A stretch of DNA of 64,000 nt from an uncultured Bacteroidia bacterium (GCA_938038735.1 CALHSW010000029.1:39829-103828); one strand, 5' to 3'. Counted from the stretch's first letter, positions 1 through 10,688 are shown. Translations and numbers: made by a program. The notes: generated by a model not told the origin, from the letters alone.

Positions 1-1
1 G

Positions 2-3000
2 AGCAAGAATTCCTTTTGGTCGCCTAAGGATGGCACGGCGGTGAGGGTAAAAGGACAAGATAAGTCCTTGGCCGATTTAAAAGGTTTGGCAGCGTATGCC
101 AGTTCAATAGTAGAGCAGGCGATTATAGCAGATTTCCCTAACGATTTGCATTTGCTAAATGGGGCGGATTTCGTGCTAGAGGAGGCGGATGCGATACAAG
201 GGATTGGAGTTGAGAAGGATGCCATGGGCAAGGTGCGAGGGGCGAAGCCCACGGTGGGGGCGTTGGAGTACGAGCCGATGCCGGTGGCGTGGTATCCAAG
301 CGCCCCGCAGCTGCAGCAAGTGTATGAGGATGCCGTAGAGGTGCAGGTAGGGCTTAACATGCCGGGCGAGTGTCGGTACGTGGTGCGCAAGAAGGGGGAG
401 GCGGAGCCCACAATGGCAGAGTGGGCGAGCGTGCTGCCCGTCCAGCTTGGGATGAAAAAAGTCTTGACGCTATCCATGGCGAATCTTGAGCCTGGCGTAG
501 AGTACGTGATGTACGTACATGCGACATCGGCTACAGGTGAAGCGCTGCTGGGGAAGGTAGAGTTCACCACCCTGGCGGCGGGCGCGAAGCCGGCGGTGCT
601 GGCAGCGGAGTATCCGAAAGCAGTGCGAAACTTTAGCGATGCGCATGTGGTTGAGGTGCTTGCTTTGCGGGCATGCGAGATGAAGTATATTGTGGTGCCA
701 GCGGCGGCTTTGGCAACGGTGGACTACGCAAAGGCAGTAGAGCTAGATGGAGGATTAAAAGCGTTGGAGGGACGGAAGTTGCGACTTCGAGACCTTACGG
801 CTAGTACGGACTACGTGCTCTGCTACTCCACCTACTACGCTGGTGATAAGCCAACGGCCTGGAAACAGTACAGCTTCAAGACTAGTGCTCCAGTGCAGAT
901 GAAGCCTAGCATGGGAGCGGAGCTAGGAACGCAGGAGTATAATGGTTTTTCGTTGAGTGGCCATGCGTATACCATATCAAAGGAGACAATTTGGTCGAAG
1001 GTGCCAGGATGGAAGATGGATGGCAATGAGGCAACGGTGACGGTGAATACCAGCGCTACGGGCGAGGCGGTGCGAGGGGGGATAGTGGTTACCACTGGCG
1101 AGGTAACGCTGGAGATTCGGGATGCGTTCCAGGAGTTGGTGGAAACCTTCAAAATACCAAATACTAACGGCGAAGCGCGCTACTATGCGTTCCCGAAAGA
1201 CATTAAGGTTCACGAGGTGGCATTCAGCAAGGCGGCAGGCGTAGAGGTTGAGTTGATAGCCTTTGGTGGTGATGCTGCACCTATGGAGCTAAAGCAGATG
1301 GGCGTGCCAGTGGTTCCTTTAGATGGCGGCAAGGTGACGCTAGCGGCTAGGGTGCTGTACGGCGGGGCGTGGCCAGTGGAGTTCGTGTGGAAGACAAAAG
1401 ATGGCATCCAGCTCGGCGAGGGGCTTTCCATAGAGACAGATGCGCTCAAAGCGGCATGCATGGTAGATCTTGAGGCAAAGGATGCGTTTGGGAATGTGAG
1501 GACACTCGAGGTGCAGGTGATGAAACAGCCTGATAATCTCCTTGTGGGGGGCTTTGAGGAGAAGGAGTTGAATGATAAGCTTGGGGGGAGCAATAAGCAG
1601 TGGAAGGGACCAAAAGATGGCAAGGTGAGCTACTTCTCCACGGGGTCATTCACATTGCCAATGCATAGCGGTGTTGACACATCATACATGGGATACGTGG
1701 TGTCAAACGATGAGTCAACAGAGTGGGATGGAAATACAAAATTAGATGCACGTAGCGCGGCTGGGCATGGGGCTAACGGAACAACGAACTACAGCGTGGC
1801 CTACCTGCCGACGTGGGGAGTAGCCGTTGAGCCCATCGCGGTGCAGGCTGGTGCTGAGGGGATAGAGGTTCCGGGAGTATACGTGACAAACACCGGCTGG
1901 ACCTATGAATCAGTTCTTAATGGGTCGGGTGGATACAATGGAGGATCGGATAAATTCGTTAAGGGCGATAGCTACAAGGTAACGGTAACGGCAGACAATG
2001 GAAATCAGGTAACAGTGCCCCTTGCAGACTATACAAGTGCAGATGTTTCGCAACACTACGCTCTCACAGAGTGGGCATGGATTGACCTCTCTAGCTTGGG
2101 GAAGGTGAGAACCCTATCCTTCAGCGTAGAGGCGAAATGCGGGAAGTCGGGCTTATTTCCAGTGTACGTTGCGATTGATGAGCTGGGGGCTACAAGGCCC
2201 GAAATAAAAGAGGAAAAAACGGTGGGGGCGAATCTCGTAATGTTTGACCTTCTGCAGGCCACCTCCCTTGATAAGACGAAGTCGCCGCAAACATCCATTG
2301 AGGTGGAGGGAGGAGCGTTGGCTTCAAAGGCGGATGGGGTTACCCTTACGCTTGAAGGAACGCAGCTGAAGGTGTCTGGCTGGGATGTGACAAAGAGACA
2401 GAAGGCGACAGAGACGTTGGTCTTTAGGGTGGCGCAGCTCGGACGGCAGGAGTGGGTGAGGCTGACGCTGAACTACAGCGATGTGCCGGTGCAGCAGACT
2501 GTGGTGCTAGCGAGCGTTTCGTTTGATAAGACGATGGGGAGCGTGTCGGTTACGGACGTGGCTACGGGTGATGAGGTGAAAGAGAGAGCAGCGCTGAATC
2601 TTGATCAGGAACTCTCAATAGTGGTAGTGCCGGCGAGTGGGTATAAGAGGGTAGCCACAGCGGATAGCTTGGTGGTTAAGAATGCGGTGCGCATAGGGGA
2701 GACGACAAGGTGGCGCGTGCAGGGCGTAGGCGATGTGTCTGTAGCGGCAGCTTTTGAGAAGGACGAGCCAGCACCAGGTCCACATCCGGCCGCAGTGACA
2801 CTTGCGGCAGTGAACTTTGATGCCGCAATGGGCAGGGTGGTAGTGAAGGATCAGAGTGGAAGCCCTTTGAGCATTGGAGACAAGATAGAGCCGAATAAGC
2901 TCATTGAGGTGGTGGCAGAAGCCTTGGAGGGCTATCGAGTGAAAGCGAATGGGGTGCAAGTTACCAATGCAGTGCAGTTGAAAAGCTCTACGAGGTGGCA

Positions 3001-3307
3001 GGTAAGCGGGGATGGGGATGTAACCGTGACGGTTCAATTTGAGAAGAGCACGGCGGTAGAGCCAGTGTGGGCAGCCACGCTAACGCTCGCACCAAACCCA
3101 TGCAGCGAGTGGCTACGAGTGGACGGGGTTAGCGCGGAGGCGTTACGGTACGAGGTGTACGATGCGGGAGGGCGTCGAGTGGCGGAAGGCGTAGTGCAGC
3201 CAGTGAGCGGCGAGGTGATTGTACGAGATATCCCGACAGGTGTTTACTTGCTACGTTTGTACGATGGTTATGGAGAGAGCGTAATGCGGCGGTTCGTGCG
3301 GAGGTAG
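2..3307 (+). CDS. Large T9SS-secreted surface protein, 5' end cut by the window edge
   Basis: The frame stays open upstream of the GTG at 41 back to base 2, and the listed N-terminus has no signal peptide. The middle segment (FSTGSFTLPMHSG..YMGYVVSNDESTEWDG..NYSVAYLP..VYVTNTGWTYESVLNG) looks DUF4465-like. The last ~80 aa (LTLAPNPCSEWLRV..GVYLLRLYDG) fit the Por/T9SS type A C-terminal sorting domain. Confidence 0.75.
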   Translation, partial: SKNSFWSPKDGTAVRVKGQDKSLADLKGLAAYASSIVEQAIIADFPNDLHLLNGADFVLEEADAIQGIGVEKDAMGKVRGAKPTVGALEYEPMPVAWYPSAPQLQQVYEDAVEVQVGLNMPGECRYVVRKKGEAEPTMAEWASVLPVQLGMKKVLTLSMANLEPGVEYVMYVHATSATGEALLGKVEFTTLAAGAKPAVLAAEYPKAVRNFSDAHVVEVLALRACEMKYIVVPAAALATVDYAKAVELDGGLKALEGRKLRLRDLTASTDYVLCYSTYYAGDKPTAWKQYSFKTSAPVQMKPSMGAELGTQEYNGFSLSGHAYTISKETIWSKVPGWKMDGNEATVTVNTSATGEAVRGGIVVTTGEVTLEIRDAFQELVETFKIPNTNGEARYYAFPKDIKVHEVAFSKAAGVEVELIAFGGDAAPMELKQMGVPVVPLDGGKVTLAARVLYGGAWPVEFVWKTKDGIQLGEGLSIETDALKAACMVDLEAKDAFGNVRTLEVQVMKQPDNLLVGGFEEKELNDKLGGSNKQWKGPKDGKVSYFSTGSFTLPMHSGVDTSYMGYVVSNDESTEWDGNTKLDARSAAGHGANGTTNYSVAYLPTWGVAVEPIAVQAGAEGIEVPGVYVTNTGWTYESVLNGSGGYNGGSDKFVKGDSYKVTVTADNGNQVTVPLADYTSADVSQHYALTEWAWIDLSSLGKVRTLSFSVEAKCGKSGLFPVYVAIDELGATRPEIKEEKTVGANLVMFDLLQATSLDKTKSPQTSIEVEGGALASKADGVTLTLEGTQLKVSGWDVTKRQKATETLVFRVAQLGRQEWVRLTLNYSDVPVQQTVVLASVSFDKTMGSVSVTDVATGDEVKERAALNLDQELSIVVVPASGYKRVATADSLVVKNAVRIGETTRWRVQGVGDVSVAAAFEKDEPAPGPHPAAVTLAAVNFDAAMGRVVVKDQSGSPLSIGDKIEPNKLIEVVAEALEGYRVKANGVQVTNAVQLKSSTRWQVSGDGDVTVTVQFEKSTAVEPVWAATLTLAPNPCSEWLRVDGVSAEALRYEVYDAGGRRVAEGVVQPVSGEVIVRDIPTGVYLLRLYDGYGESVMRRFVRR

Positions 3308-3483
3308 AAGAGGGCATAGCACAAGATGTAGGGGCGGAAGTTGCAAGAAGCAGCTTTCGCCCCTACGCTTACGGCAAGGAGTTTCTGCGAAGAGAAGTGT
3401 ATACAAATTACTGTAAATGACGATCTTGCAGAATTGCAACAAGTTTTTTCAACAGAATCTATTGTTGGTGTGATATAAGTATG

Positions 3484-3491
3484 TACATTTG
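3484..3491 (+). promoter_or_regulatory. Bacteroidota sigma-A -7 box (TACATTTG)
   Basis: Matches TAnnTTTG and lies 25 nt upstream of the ATG at 3516. This argues against the TTG start at 3489. Confidence 0.5.
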
Positions 3492-3515
3492 CGAAAAATT
3501 AATTTTATATTTGTC

Positions 3516-4184
3516 ATGTTGAAGGGATTATTTCTGATGGTGTCGCTGGTGTGTGCGTTTAGCGCGCAGGCGGAAGTGAAAGCTGAAGTGGTATTGCCGG
3601 GTGATGAGGCGGAGAGCGTGGAGGTGCCCGTTCAAATAGGCGATGTGCTATGCGCCGATGGGGCAATAGAGCCAGCCAAGAAGTGGGCGAAGAGCAAGAA
3701 GGAGCCGAAGGGAGTGGTGTTTTACGTGGATGAGACGGGGCAGCATGGTTGGGCGTTGGCGCTGCGCGACAAGGGAAATCACACGTGGGGCGAGGAGGTA
3801 GATATTGAGGCAATACCGAATACGAATGAGAATGATGCGTTAGCCGATTTTAATGGCAAGGGTAATACCGAGGCCATTTTGGCGATGGGCGGGAGTTACC
3901 CGGCGGTGCAGGCCATAGAGACGGCGGAAGGGTGGTATCTTCCCTCCGCGGGGCAGCTTCGTGTTCTAACGCAGCATATGAAGAAGGTAGAGCAGACGTT
4001 GAAGCGGTTAATAGGGAAGAATGTGCCGGCGATGCTGTACACGAAGGGAGCCTACTGGTCGAGCAGCGAGACGCTGGATGGGCGTGCGTGGTACGTGGTG
4101 GATACAGGGTCGTTGAGCAATTTCTTCCGTACGGGGTATGAGAAGGGGCAGCTGTACTACGTCCGTGCGGTGACTGATTTCTAG
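3516..4184 (+). CDS. Secreted DUF1566-like protein
   Basis: Signal peptide MLKGLFLMVSLVCAFSAQA. GWYLPSAGQLRVL and YWSSSE resemble the DUF1566 (Lcl C-terminal-like) signature. Confidence 0.6.
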   Translation: MLKGLFLMVSLVCAFSAQAEVKAEVVLPGDEAESVEVPVQIGDVLCADGAIEPAKKWAKSKKEPKGVVFYVDETGQHGWALALRDKGNHTWGEEVDIEAIPNTNENDALADFNGKGNTEAILAMGGSYPAVQAIETAEGWYLPSAGQLRVLTQHMKKVEQTLKRLIGKNVPAMLYTKGAYWSSSETLDGRAWYVVDTGSLSNFFRTGYEKGQLYYVRAVTDF

Positions 4185-4208
4185 ATGTTTCCGTGAGGTT
4201 TATTGCAG

Positions 4209-4243
4209 GAGCCGCAGCCCTAAGGGGTTGCGGCTCTTGTTCG
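4209..4243 (+). terminator. Rho-independent terminator
   Basis: GAGCCGCAGCC / GGTTGCGGCTC stem (one G-U pair) followed by TTGTT, 25 nt after the stop at 4184. Confidence 0.55.
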
Positions 4244-4351
4244 TATTAAGGGGAGCTTGGTAGGCTTTGATGGGGTGTCGCATTCTGTAGTGTTCCTATG
4301 TGGGTAAAAAACTGTAAATTGCGGCTGTGTTTTGTATGTAGGTAGTGGTGT

Positions 4352-7129
4352 ATGGTGTTTAGAAAGAGGCAGTGCAGCAGGAGGAGAAAAGCGGGGCGTA
4401 GCGGGTGGCGCATGTCGTTGTGCGTTGCGTTGTGCTTGTACGCCCTAATTGTGCCGGCGCAGGCTGAGGGGCAGGTGCTTGACAGCGCGCAGCAGTACGC
4501 ACAGCGAGGGGATTGGCACGGCGTGTACCTGTTGCTCAATGCGGCAGTGTCGGGGTGCGACACGTGCTACGAGGAGCGTAGCCTGCTGGCAGAGAGCATG
4601 GTGCGGCTGCGCCGAGAGCTAGAAAGGGCAGAGATTATTTTGAGCTTCCAAGCGCATACGCCGAAGAATTTGCTTCTGCATGCTGAGGCGCAGCAATTGC
4701 TGTATCGGTTTCCGGATGCCGAGAAGACGTATCAGGAGTACATGTCGCTAGGGGATTTTTCCCTGCTCTCTAGAGCCGAGACGCAGCAGCGTATCGCATC
4801 GTGCCAAAGCGGAGAGCAGCTCTGCATGAGCGGATTTGACCCGTGGTGCGGCTATCGTGTCAAGGTGCGGCAGTTGGAAGCGGCAGGCGTGGTTGACACG
4901 AGCGGCAGGGGGTACACGTTGGTTGCGTTGCCCTCATCACTGAAAGGGGAGTACGATGTGCAAGACAGTGCGTTTACCACGCAGCTGGCGTACCCGCGGG
5001 GGACGAAAGCTGGAACGAAATTGATTTTTCCGCGCCGGCAGTTTGCCAATGGGCCGCGTGACCTTTACATCACTGAACAAGGAGCTGATGGGCTATGGAC
5101 GCAGCCTGCCTCTGCGGGGGCGATAGTGAATAGCCCCTACGATGAGAGTTTAGCGATTTTGGCCGAGGATGGGAAGACGCTCTACTTCAGCTCGTCGGGG
5201 CATTACGGCCTGGGGGGGCAAGACATTTTTAAGAGCGTGTATGACCCCCGCGTGGGGCAGTGGAGCGCGCCGGAAAACATCGGTTTCCCGTATAATTCAC
5301 CTGCTGATGACTACTTGGTGGGAATCCCTAATGGGCGGGGCGAGGTGCTTGTGATGAGCAATCGGAATGCAGGGGGTGATAGCGTTTATATCTACAGCTT
5401 GGAGTATAATGCGCAGATGGCCGGTGTTGCCTTGGAGGATGCGTCGGCACGCTACGCACGGGCGCGTTTTGATTGGGCTGGTGCGCCACGTGCGCGCAAG
5501 AAGGGGGTTGCGGCAGCGCGAGCTGATGCGACATTGGCGGTGGCGCAGCAGACGGCTAGCTTTCGGGACGTGGAGCAAGATGGGGAGTATAGAGCCGCCC
5601 TTGCGGAGGGTTACGCGCAGCAGCGCAAGGCGGATACGCTGCGTATTGAATTGCAGAAGCTGCGGGAGCGGGTGTGGGATGCGAAGACATCGCAGCAGCG
5701 CAAGGCGCTAGAGCGACGCATAGAGCCTATTGAGAAGGGAATGTTGGAAGCGCAGAAGAAGGCGGACGCGCAGTTTGTGCTGGCGAGTCGCATAGAGCAG
5801 GAGTACATTCTGGGGGTGCGTACGGCACCACGTAAGCAGACAGGGGCAGGAGCAGCGGGATTTGCGGGGGATAATCCTAAGTATCTCCACTTGGCGCAGT
5901 TGGCCCCGACGGTGTTCCAGCGTGATGAGATTGCGGAGCTTGATGAGGCTTCAAAGGGTGCAGAGGTGCGCATGCAGCAGGTGAGAGATTTGCTGCGGCA
6001 GCAGGAAGAATTTCGGGGCCTGACGGCGGATACCTCGGTGGGGACTACAGCCCTTGCGATGGGCGAGGAGGCGGTAGAGCGCAGCGCACGGGCCTTCGTG
6101 GATCGATACGGCGGGGGGATAGAACGTGAGCGGCAGATATACCAGCAATGTTTACCTGTGGCCTTAATGAAGAGCAACCGCAATGAGCAGGTGCAGGTGC
6201 AAGCGTGCGATTCGCGGGCGCGGGAACAGTATCGCAACGCCGAAGCGGTAGAAAACAATAGCGATCCGCACGCCGCGGCGCAAGGGCTGTTCAGCGCATT
6301 GGTGTTCCGCATGCTGGGGAATAAGTATATGGAGCTAGGCTTCTCGTATGCATGGGGCATGGTAAAGTATCGCGATGGGGTGCAGCGGCAAATTGATACG
6401 CTTCTTCGCTGGGTGGCACCGAGCGTGGAGAGGGAGTCGCAGCAGAGCGCGGTGGGCAATGCGCTACAGAGTGGGGGAGCTGGCTCAATACGTTTGGCTG
6501 CGCCTAAGGTGGCGGGGCTTACCATAGAGAACCCTACGCGATATACCGCCGACTCACCAGTGCCACGGGATGAGGTGCTGCCGAAGGGGGTGGTGTACAA
6601 ACTACAGCTGGGGGCATATACCAATCCTATAGATCCCGCGCTGTTCAGTGGGATGTACCCAGTGAGCGCTGTAACTGCGAATGGTGGCAAGGTGACGAAA
6701 TACTACGCGGGGCTGTTTCGCATGAAGGCAGAGGCGGACAAGGGGAAGGCGATTACTGCGCAGTGCGGATTCCCGGAGTCGTTCGTGGTGGCGTGGTACG
6801 ATGGGCGAGAAGTTCCACTCGCGAGGGCGAAGGCTTTGGAAAGCACGTCAGAAGATGGGAATGGGGAGGCGGCGCAGCCGCCGGCTGGTCAGTTCCGTGT
6901 GGAGGTGGGGGCATTTGAAGGGGTGCTGCCTACCTACGTGAGCGAAACGCTGCAGCTTCTTGCGCCGGGCAAAGAGCTGCAGAAGCGGCCGGATGGAGGT
7001 GGCAGGTGGGTGTATAGCGTAGGGGTGTTCACGACGAGAGATGATGCGGAGCGGCTGTGTAACAATCTGAAGGGTAGCGGGCTGACCGAGGCGAAGGTGC
7101 TAGATGTGGCGGTTGAAACGGAGGAGTAG
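4352..7129 (+). CDS. Large exported protein with a TolB/PD40-like repeat segment, a coiled-coil middle and two C-terminal SPOR-like domains
   Basis: Hydrophobic leader (alternative start ATG 4412, MSLCVALCLYALIVPAQA). LYFSSSGHYGLGGQDIFKS is a PD40-like repeat. YKLQLGAYTNP and FRVEVGAFEG resemble SPOR beta-strand starts. Confidence 0.6.
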   Translation: MVFRKRQCSRRRKAGRSGWRMSLCVALCLYALIVPAQAEGQVLDSAQQYAQRGDWHGVYLLLNAAVSGCDTCYEERSLLAESMVRLRRELERAEIILSFQAHTPKNLLLHAEAQQLLYRFPDAEKTYQEYMSLGDFSLLSRAETQQRIASCQSGEQLCMSGFDPWCGYRVKVRQLEAAGVVDTSGRGYTLVALPSSLKGEYDVQDSAFTTQLAYPRGTKAGTKLIFPRRQFANGPRDLYITEQGADGLWTQPASAGAIVNSPYDESLAILAEDGKTLYFSSSGHYGLGGQDIFKSVYDPRVGQWSAPENIGFPYNSPADDYLVGIPNGRGEVLVMSNRNAGGDSVYIYSLEYNAQMAGVALEDASARYARARFDWAGAPRARKKGVAAARADATLAVAQQTASFRDVEQDGEYRAALAEGYAQQRKADTLRIELQKLRERVWDAKTSQQRKALERRIEPIEKGMLEAQKKADAQFVLASRIEQEYILGVRTAPRKQTGAGAAGFAGDNPKYLHLAQLAPTVFQRDEIAELDEASKGAEVRMQQVRDLLRQQEEFRGLTADTSVGTTALAMGEEAVERSARAFVDRYGGGIERERQIYQQCLPVALMKSNRNEQVQVQACDSRAREQYRNAEAVENNSDPHAAAQGLFSALVFRMLGNKYMELGFSYAWGMVKYRDGVQRQIDTLLRWVAPSVERESQQSAVGNALQSGGAGSIRLAAPKVAGLTIENPTRYTADSPVPRDEVLPKGVVYKLQLGAYTNPIDPALFSGMYPVSAVTANGGKVTKYYAGLFRMKAEADKGKAITAQCGFPESFVVAWYDGREVPLARAKALESTSEDGNGEAAQPPAGQFRVEVGAFEGVLPTYVSETLQLLAPGKELQKRPDGGGRWVYSVGVFTTRDDAERLCNNLKGSGLTEAKVLDVAVETEE

Positions 7130-7132
7130 AAA

Positions 7133-8107
7133 ATGGAGGAAGTTCTGTTTGCAGGCAATAGGCTATGCGATTTGCTAGGAATTCGAATTCCTTTGTTGCA
7201 GGGCGGTATGGTGTGGTGCAGTGGTTGGCGGCTGGCTGCGGCGGTGTCAAGCGGTGGCGGCCTTGGAGTGTTGGGGGCGGGCTCCATGCACGCAGACTAC
7301 CTGAGGGAGTCAATAAAGAAGGTCCGAGCGGCAACGTCAAGCCCATTTGGGGTAAATGTGCCGCTGCTTTACAAGCATGCGGAGGCGTGCATTGCCGTGT
7401 GCGAGGAGGAGCGGGTGCCGGTGGTGGTAACCTCAGCGGGGTCTCCATCAAAGTGGACTACGAGGCTGCATACTGCGGGCTGCAAGGTGGGGCATGTGGT
7501 GGCGAACGAGAAATTTACCCGCAAGGCGGAGGCGGCAGGGGTTGATTTTCTAATAGCTGAAGGCTTTGAGGCTGGCGGACATAATGGGGTGGAAGAGTTG
7601 ACCACGCTCGTTTTGGCGCAGATGGCGAGGCGGTGGACCAGTTTGCCGTTGGTGTCGGCGGGGGGGTACTTTGACGGGGTGGGGCTGGCCGCGGCACTCG
7701 TGCTTGGGGCAGACGGCGTGCAGATGGGTACGCGCTTTGCGTGCACAGGGGAGTCATCGGCTAGCGAATCAACGAAGGAGTATCTGCTTGCACTTGGCGA
7801 CTCGAGTACGCAGCTGGTGGCTAAGGCAGTAAGCCCTACGCGAATGGTGCGCAATGCGTACTGCGAGAGCATTATGAAACTAGAACGAGAGGGGGCTAGC
7901 AGAGATGTTGTGGAGGAGTTTATGGGGAAGGGGCGTACGAGGAAGGGACTGTTGGACGGAGATCTTATTGAGGGCGAGGTAGAGGTGGGGCAGATAGTGG
8001 CGGCAATAGATGATTTGCCCTCAGCGGTTGATGTGGTGCGAGAGGTAGGGGCTGCATGCGTAGCTAGGCTGCAGGAGATAGCGAAAGGAGGGGTGCAGCG
8101 TGGGTAG
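7133..8107 (+). CDS. NAD(P)H-dependent flavin oxidoreductase (nitronate monooxygenase / FabK-like family)
   Basis: LLGIRIPLLQGGMVWCSG..LAAAVSSGGGLGVLGAGSM and GFEAGGH are hallmarks of the NMO/FabK TIM-barrel family. Confidence 0.8.
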   Translation: MEEVLFAGNRLCDLLGIRIPLLQGGMVWCSGWRLAAAVSSGGGLGVLGAGSMHADYLRESIKKVRAATSSPFGVNVPLLYKHAEACIAVCEEERVPVVVTSAGSPSKWTTRLHTAGCKVGHVVANEKFTRKAEAAGVDFLIAEGFEAGGHNGVEELTTLVLAQMARRWTSLPLVSAGGYFDGVGLAAALVLGADGVQMGTRFACTGESSASESTKEYLLALGDSSTQLVAKAVSPTRMVRNAYCESIMKLEREGASRDVVEEFMGKGRTRKGLLDGDLIEGEVEVGQIVAAIDDLPSAVDVVREVGAACVARLQEIAKGGVQRG

Positions 8108-9359
8108 GCTGGAGAAGTTTACGCTAGAGAATGGGTTGCGGGTGGTGGTAGACACCGATATGAGCACGAGCATGGTGTCGATGTGCCTGGCGTACGATGT
8201 TGGGGCGCGGGATGAGGATCCTCATCGCACGGGGTTTGCCCATCTGTTTGAGCATTTGATGTTTGGAGGGAGCATTAATATTCCCTCGTACGATGCGCCG
8301 TTGGAACGAGCGGGGGGTACAAATAATGCGTACACTACGCAAGATTTGACGTGCTTCCATTGCCAGGTGCCGTGGGAGAATTTAGAGGTGGCATTTTGGC
8401 TGGAGAGCGACCGTATGCTCTCTCTAGCGTTCACGCCGGAGAGTCTGGAGGTGCAGCGGAGCGTGGTGGTGCAGGAGTTTAAGCAGGTGGCGTTGAATGC
8501 GCCCTACGGCGATGTTCAGCATCTACTGCATGGCTTGCTCTACAAAGAGCACCCGTACCAATGGCCTACCCTTGGGAAGAACGTGGCTCACATTGAGGGG
8601 GCAAGCATGGAGGAGGTTAAGGCGTTTTTTTACAGCCACTACGCGCCGAACAATGCTGCATTGGCTCTATCGGGACACGTGGAGGCGGCCGAGGTGAGGC
8701 GTTTGGCCGAGAAATGGTTTGGGCCAATAGAACGACGAGCAGTGGTGCCCCGCAACCTGCCTATTGAGCCGCAGCTTGAGGCGCAGCGCCGGCAGCGGGT
8801 GCAACGCCCCGTTCCCTGCGATGCGGTATTCGTAGCGTTCCCAATGGTTGGGCTGATGGATAGCCAATTCTCAACGTACGATTTGCTCAGCGATATACTA
8901 GCTAATGGGGAGAGCGCACGGCTTAACAGACGACTCCGAGAGGAGCGGCAGCTATTTGCAGAAATTGATGCCACGGTTTCAGGGCTTGTCGACCCTGGTT
9001 TCTTCTTGGTGTCGGGGGTGCTACATGATGGGGTGAGTATAGAAGAAGGCGAGCGGGCCATTTATGAGGAGCTAGAGCAGCTGCAGGATGTGACAGAGGA
9101 AGAGCTGCATAAAGTGCAATTGAAGTTTGCGGCAACGCGGGTATTTGAGCGGCTAAGTTCATTGATCCGTGCGGAGTCATATAGCCGTTACGAGTTGCTT
9201 GGGGGTGCAGCGCGATGGGATGCTGAGGTTGGGTTGCGGCAGGAGGTAACGCTTGAGGCTTTGAAGAAGGTGGTGCAGGAGCGTTTTGTAGAGTCGCGAA
9301 GCGTGGTGCTAGAGTATGCAGCGGGAGAAAAGGAGAGCGAAAATGGCGGAGCTGAATAG
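8100..9359 (+). CDS. M16 family zinc peptidase (active subunit)
   Basis: Inverted zinc motif HxxEH present as HLFEHLMFGGS. N-terminus FTLENGLRVVV is typical of the family. GTG start. Confidence 0.85.
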   Translation: MGRLEKFTLENGLRVVVDTDMSTSMVSMCLAYDVGARDEDPHRTGFAHLFEHLMFGGSINIPSYDAPLERAGGTNNAYTTQDLTCFHCQVPWENLEVAFWLESDRMLSLAFTPESLEVQRSVVVQEFKQVALNAPYGDVQHLLHGLLYKEHPYQWPTLGKNVAHIEGASMEEVKAFFYSHYAPNNAALALSGHVEAAEVRRLAEKWFGPIERRAVVPRNLPIEPQLEAQRRQRVQRPVPCDAVFVAFPMVGLMDSQFSTYDLLSDILANGESARLNRRLREERQLFAEIDATVSGLVDPGFFLVSGVLHDGVSIEEGERAIYEELEQLQDVTEEELHKVQLKFAATRVFERLSSLIRAESYSRYELLGGAARWDAEVGLRQEVTLEALKKVVQERFVESRSVVLEYAAGEKESENGGAE

Positions 9360-10653
9360 GAAAGAGATGCCCCAGCTAGCGTGGGGAAGCAGTTTACCGG
9401 CAGTGGATTTATTGCGGGAGGAGTTGCTTAATGGCGATAAGCTTACGCTGCTTGCAGGGGGCGAGGGTTCGGCTGTGATGCTGTGGGTTTACTTTCCGCT
9501 TGGCGAAGGAGCTGGGGCAGGACGGATTGTGGCGAGCGGAGCATTTGACGTGCTGCTTCGCGGCACAGCTATGCGGAGCGATGCGGAACTTTCAGAACGC
9601 TTTGACACGTTAGGTACGCAGGTGCAGAGCTTTGCTACGAAGGATTACGGTGGATTTCAAATGTTATCCACTGAGGTAGCGTTTCGGGAGTCGCTGGATC
9701 TGTTGCTGGAGTCGTTGACGGTACCTGCGTACGCAGAGCAGAGCTTTTTATCGTGGAGGGGGCGTACGTCAGTTGGGCTAGAGGTAGCTGCCCAAACGCC
9801 TAGCTACGTGGCGCAGCGAGTGTTATGGAGTGCCATGCTCGGCGAACCGCACCGCTACCAGACCTACGCAGTGCCGGAGAACGTGGCGGAGATGGAGCGC
9901 GGGGCTTTAGAGCAGTATTATCGGGAGAGCATCGCGGGGTGCAGCTGCCACGTGCTGGCGTGTGGCCCAGTGCGCGGGGAGTGGCAGCAGGTGCTGCGCG
10001 AGGAGTTTTGTAAACGGGAGTCGGGGCGAGAGACTCCACTTGCCAGTGCGCCGCTCGTGCCATCGTGTGGGCGGCGTACGGAGATAGGGGAATCTGTGCA
10101 ACGGCGGCAGGCATCGGTGCAGCTAGGATGCATACTTCCCAAGTCCGGCCATGCGGGCGATGTTGATTTGGCGATACTCGTGTCGTTGCTGGGGGGGTAT
10201 ATGGGGAGTCGGTTGATGCAGAAGCTGCGGGAGGAGAAGGGGTATACGTATGGGGTGCGAGCCACGGCGAGCTACTTTTTGGATGGCGGAGTGCTTCAGG
10301 TGTCGAGCGAAGTAGGCAACAACTACGTAGCGGAATGCGTAAAAGATATAAAGGGGGAGTTTGCGAGGCTGCGAGATTCGTTGGTGGGTGCAGAGGAGCT
10401 GGATCGGTTGCAGAGCTATCTGCATGGGCGTTTGCTGCGGAGCAGAGGTGGTGTATACGCAACGCTGGCGGGGTTGCGATCGTACGTGCTGAATGCGGGG
10501 TTCGGCGTAGACTACCCTGATCGTTACGCTGCGGCGTTGCACTCCATAACCGCGGAGCGGCTTCGTGCGGCGGCGGCGGAGTGGCTGGCGGAGGCGCGTT
10601 TCACACTGAGCGTGGCGGGCGATGCGGCGGAGTTTTCGGAGGTTCGTTGGTAA
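9343..10653 (+). CDS. M16 family peptidase-like partner without the zinc motif
   Basis: M16 length and C-terminal domain pattern, but the HxxEH position reads GAFDVLLRGT. Overlaps the upstream M16 gene. The start is ATG 9343 or 9316. Confidence 0.7.
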   Translation: MAELNRKEMPQLAWGSSLPAVDLLREELLNGDKLTLLAGGEGSAVMLWVYFPLGEGAGAGRIVASGAFDVLLRGTAMRSDAELSERFDTLGTQVQSFATKDYGGFQMLSTEVAFRESLDLLLESLTVPAYAEQSFLSWRGRTSVGLEVAAQTPSYVAQRVLWSAMLGEPHRYQTYAVPENVAEMERGALEQYYRESIAGCSCHVLACGPVRGEWQQVLREEFCKRESGRETPLASAPLVPSCGRRTEIGESVQRRQASVQLGCILPKSGHAGDVDLAILVSLLGGYMGSRLMQKLREEKGYTYGVRATASYFLDGGVLQVSSEVGNNYVAECVKDIKGEFARLRDSLVGAEELDRLQSYLHGRLLRSRGGVYATLAGLRSYVLNAGFGVDYPDRYAAALHSITAERLRAAAAEWLAEARFTLSVAGDAAEFSEVRW

Positions 10654-10688
10654 AGGGATGCGAGAGGGGCGAAGAGATAGAGAAAGAT

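Noticed and set aside
3328-3366. Hairpin GTAGGGGCG..CGCCCCTAC after the T9SS protein gene, considered as a terminator
   Set aside because: It has a 21-nt loop and no downstream T-tract, so support is too weak to call.
5611-6690. 359-aa ORF antisense to the SPOR/PD40 gene. Similar long antisense ORFs lie at 10123-10818, 19767-20759, 22385-23260, 43663-44421, 51769-52665 and 59082-59888.
   Set aside because: Each lies fully inside a sense gene with clear family motifs. They have low-complexity Pro/Arg/Ser/Ala-rich composition typical of stop-poor reverse frames in GC-rich DNA, and no recognisable motifs.
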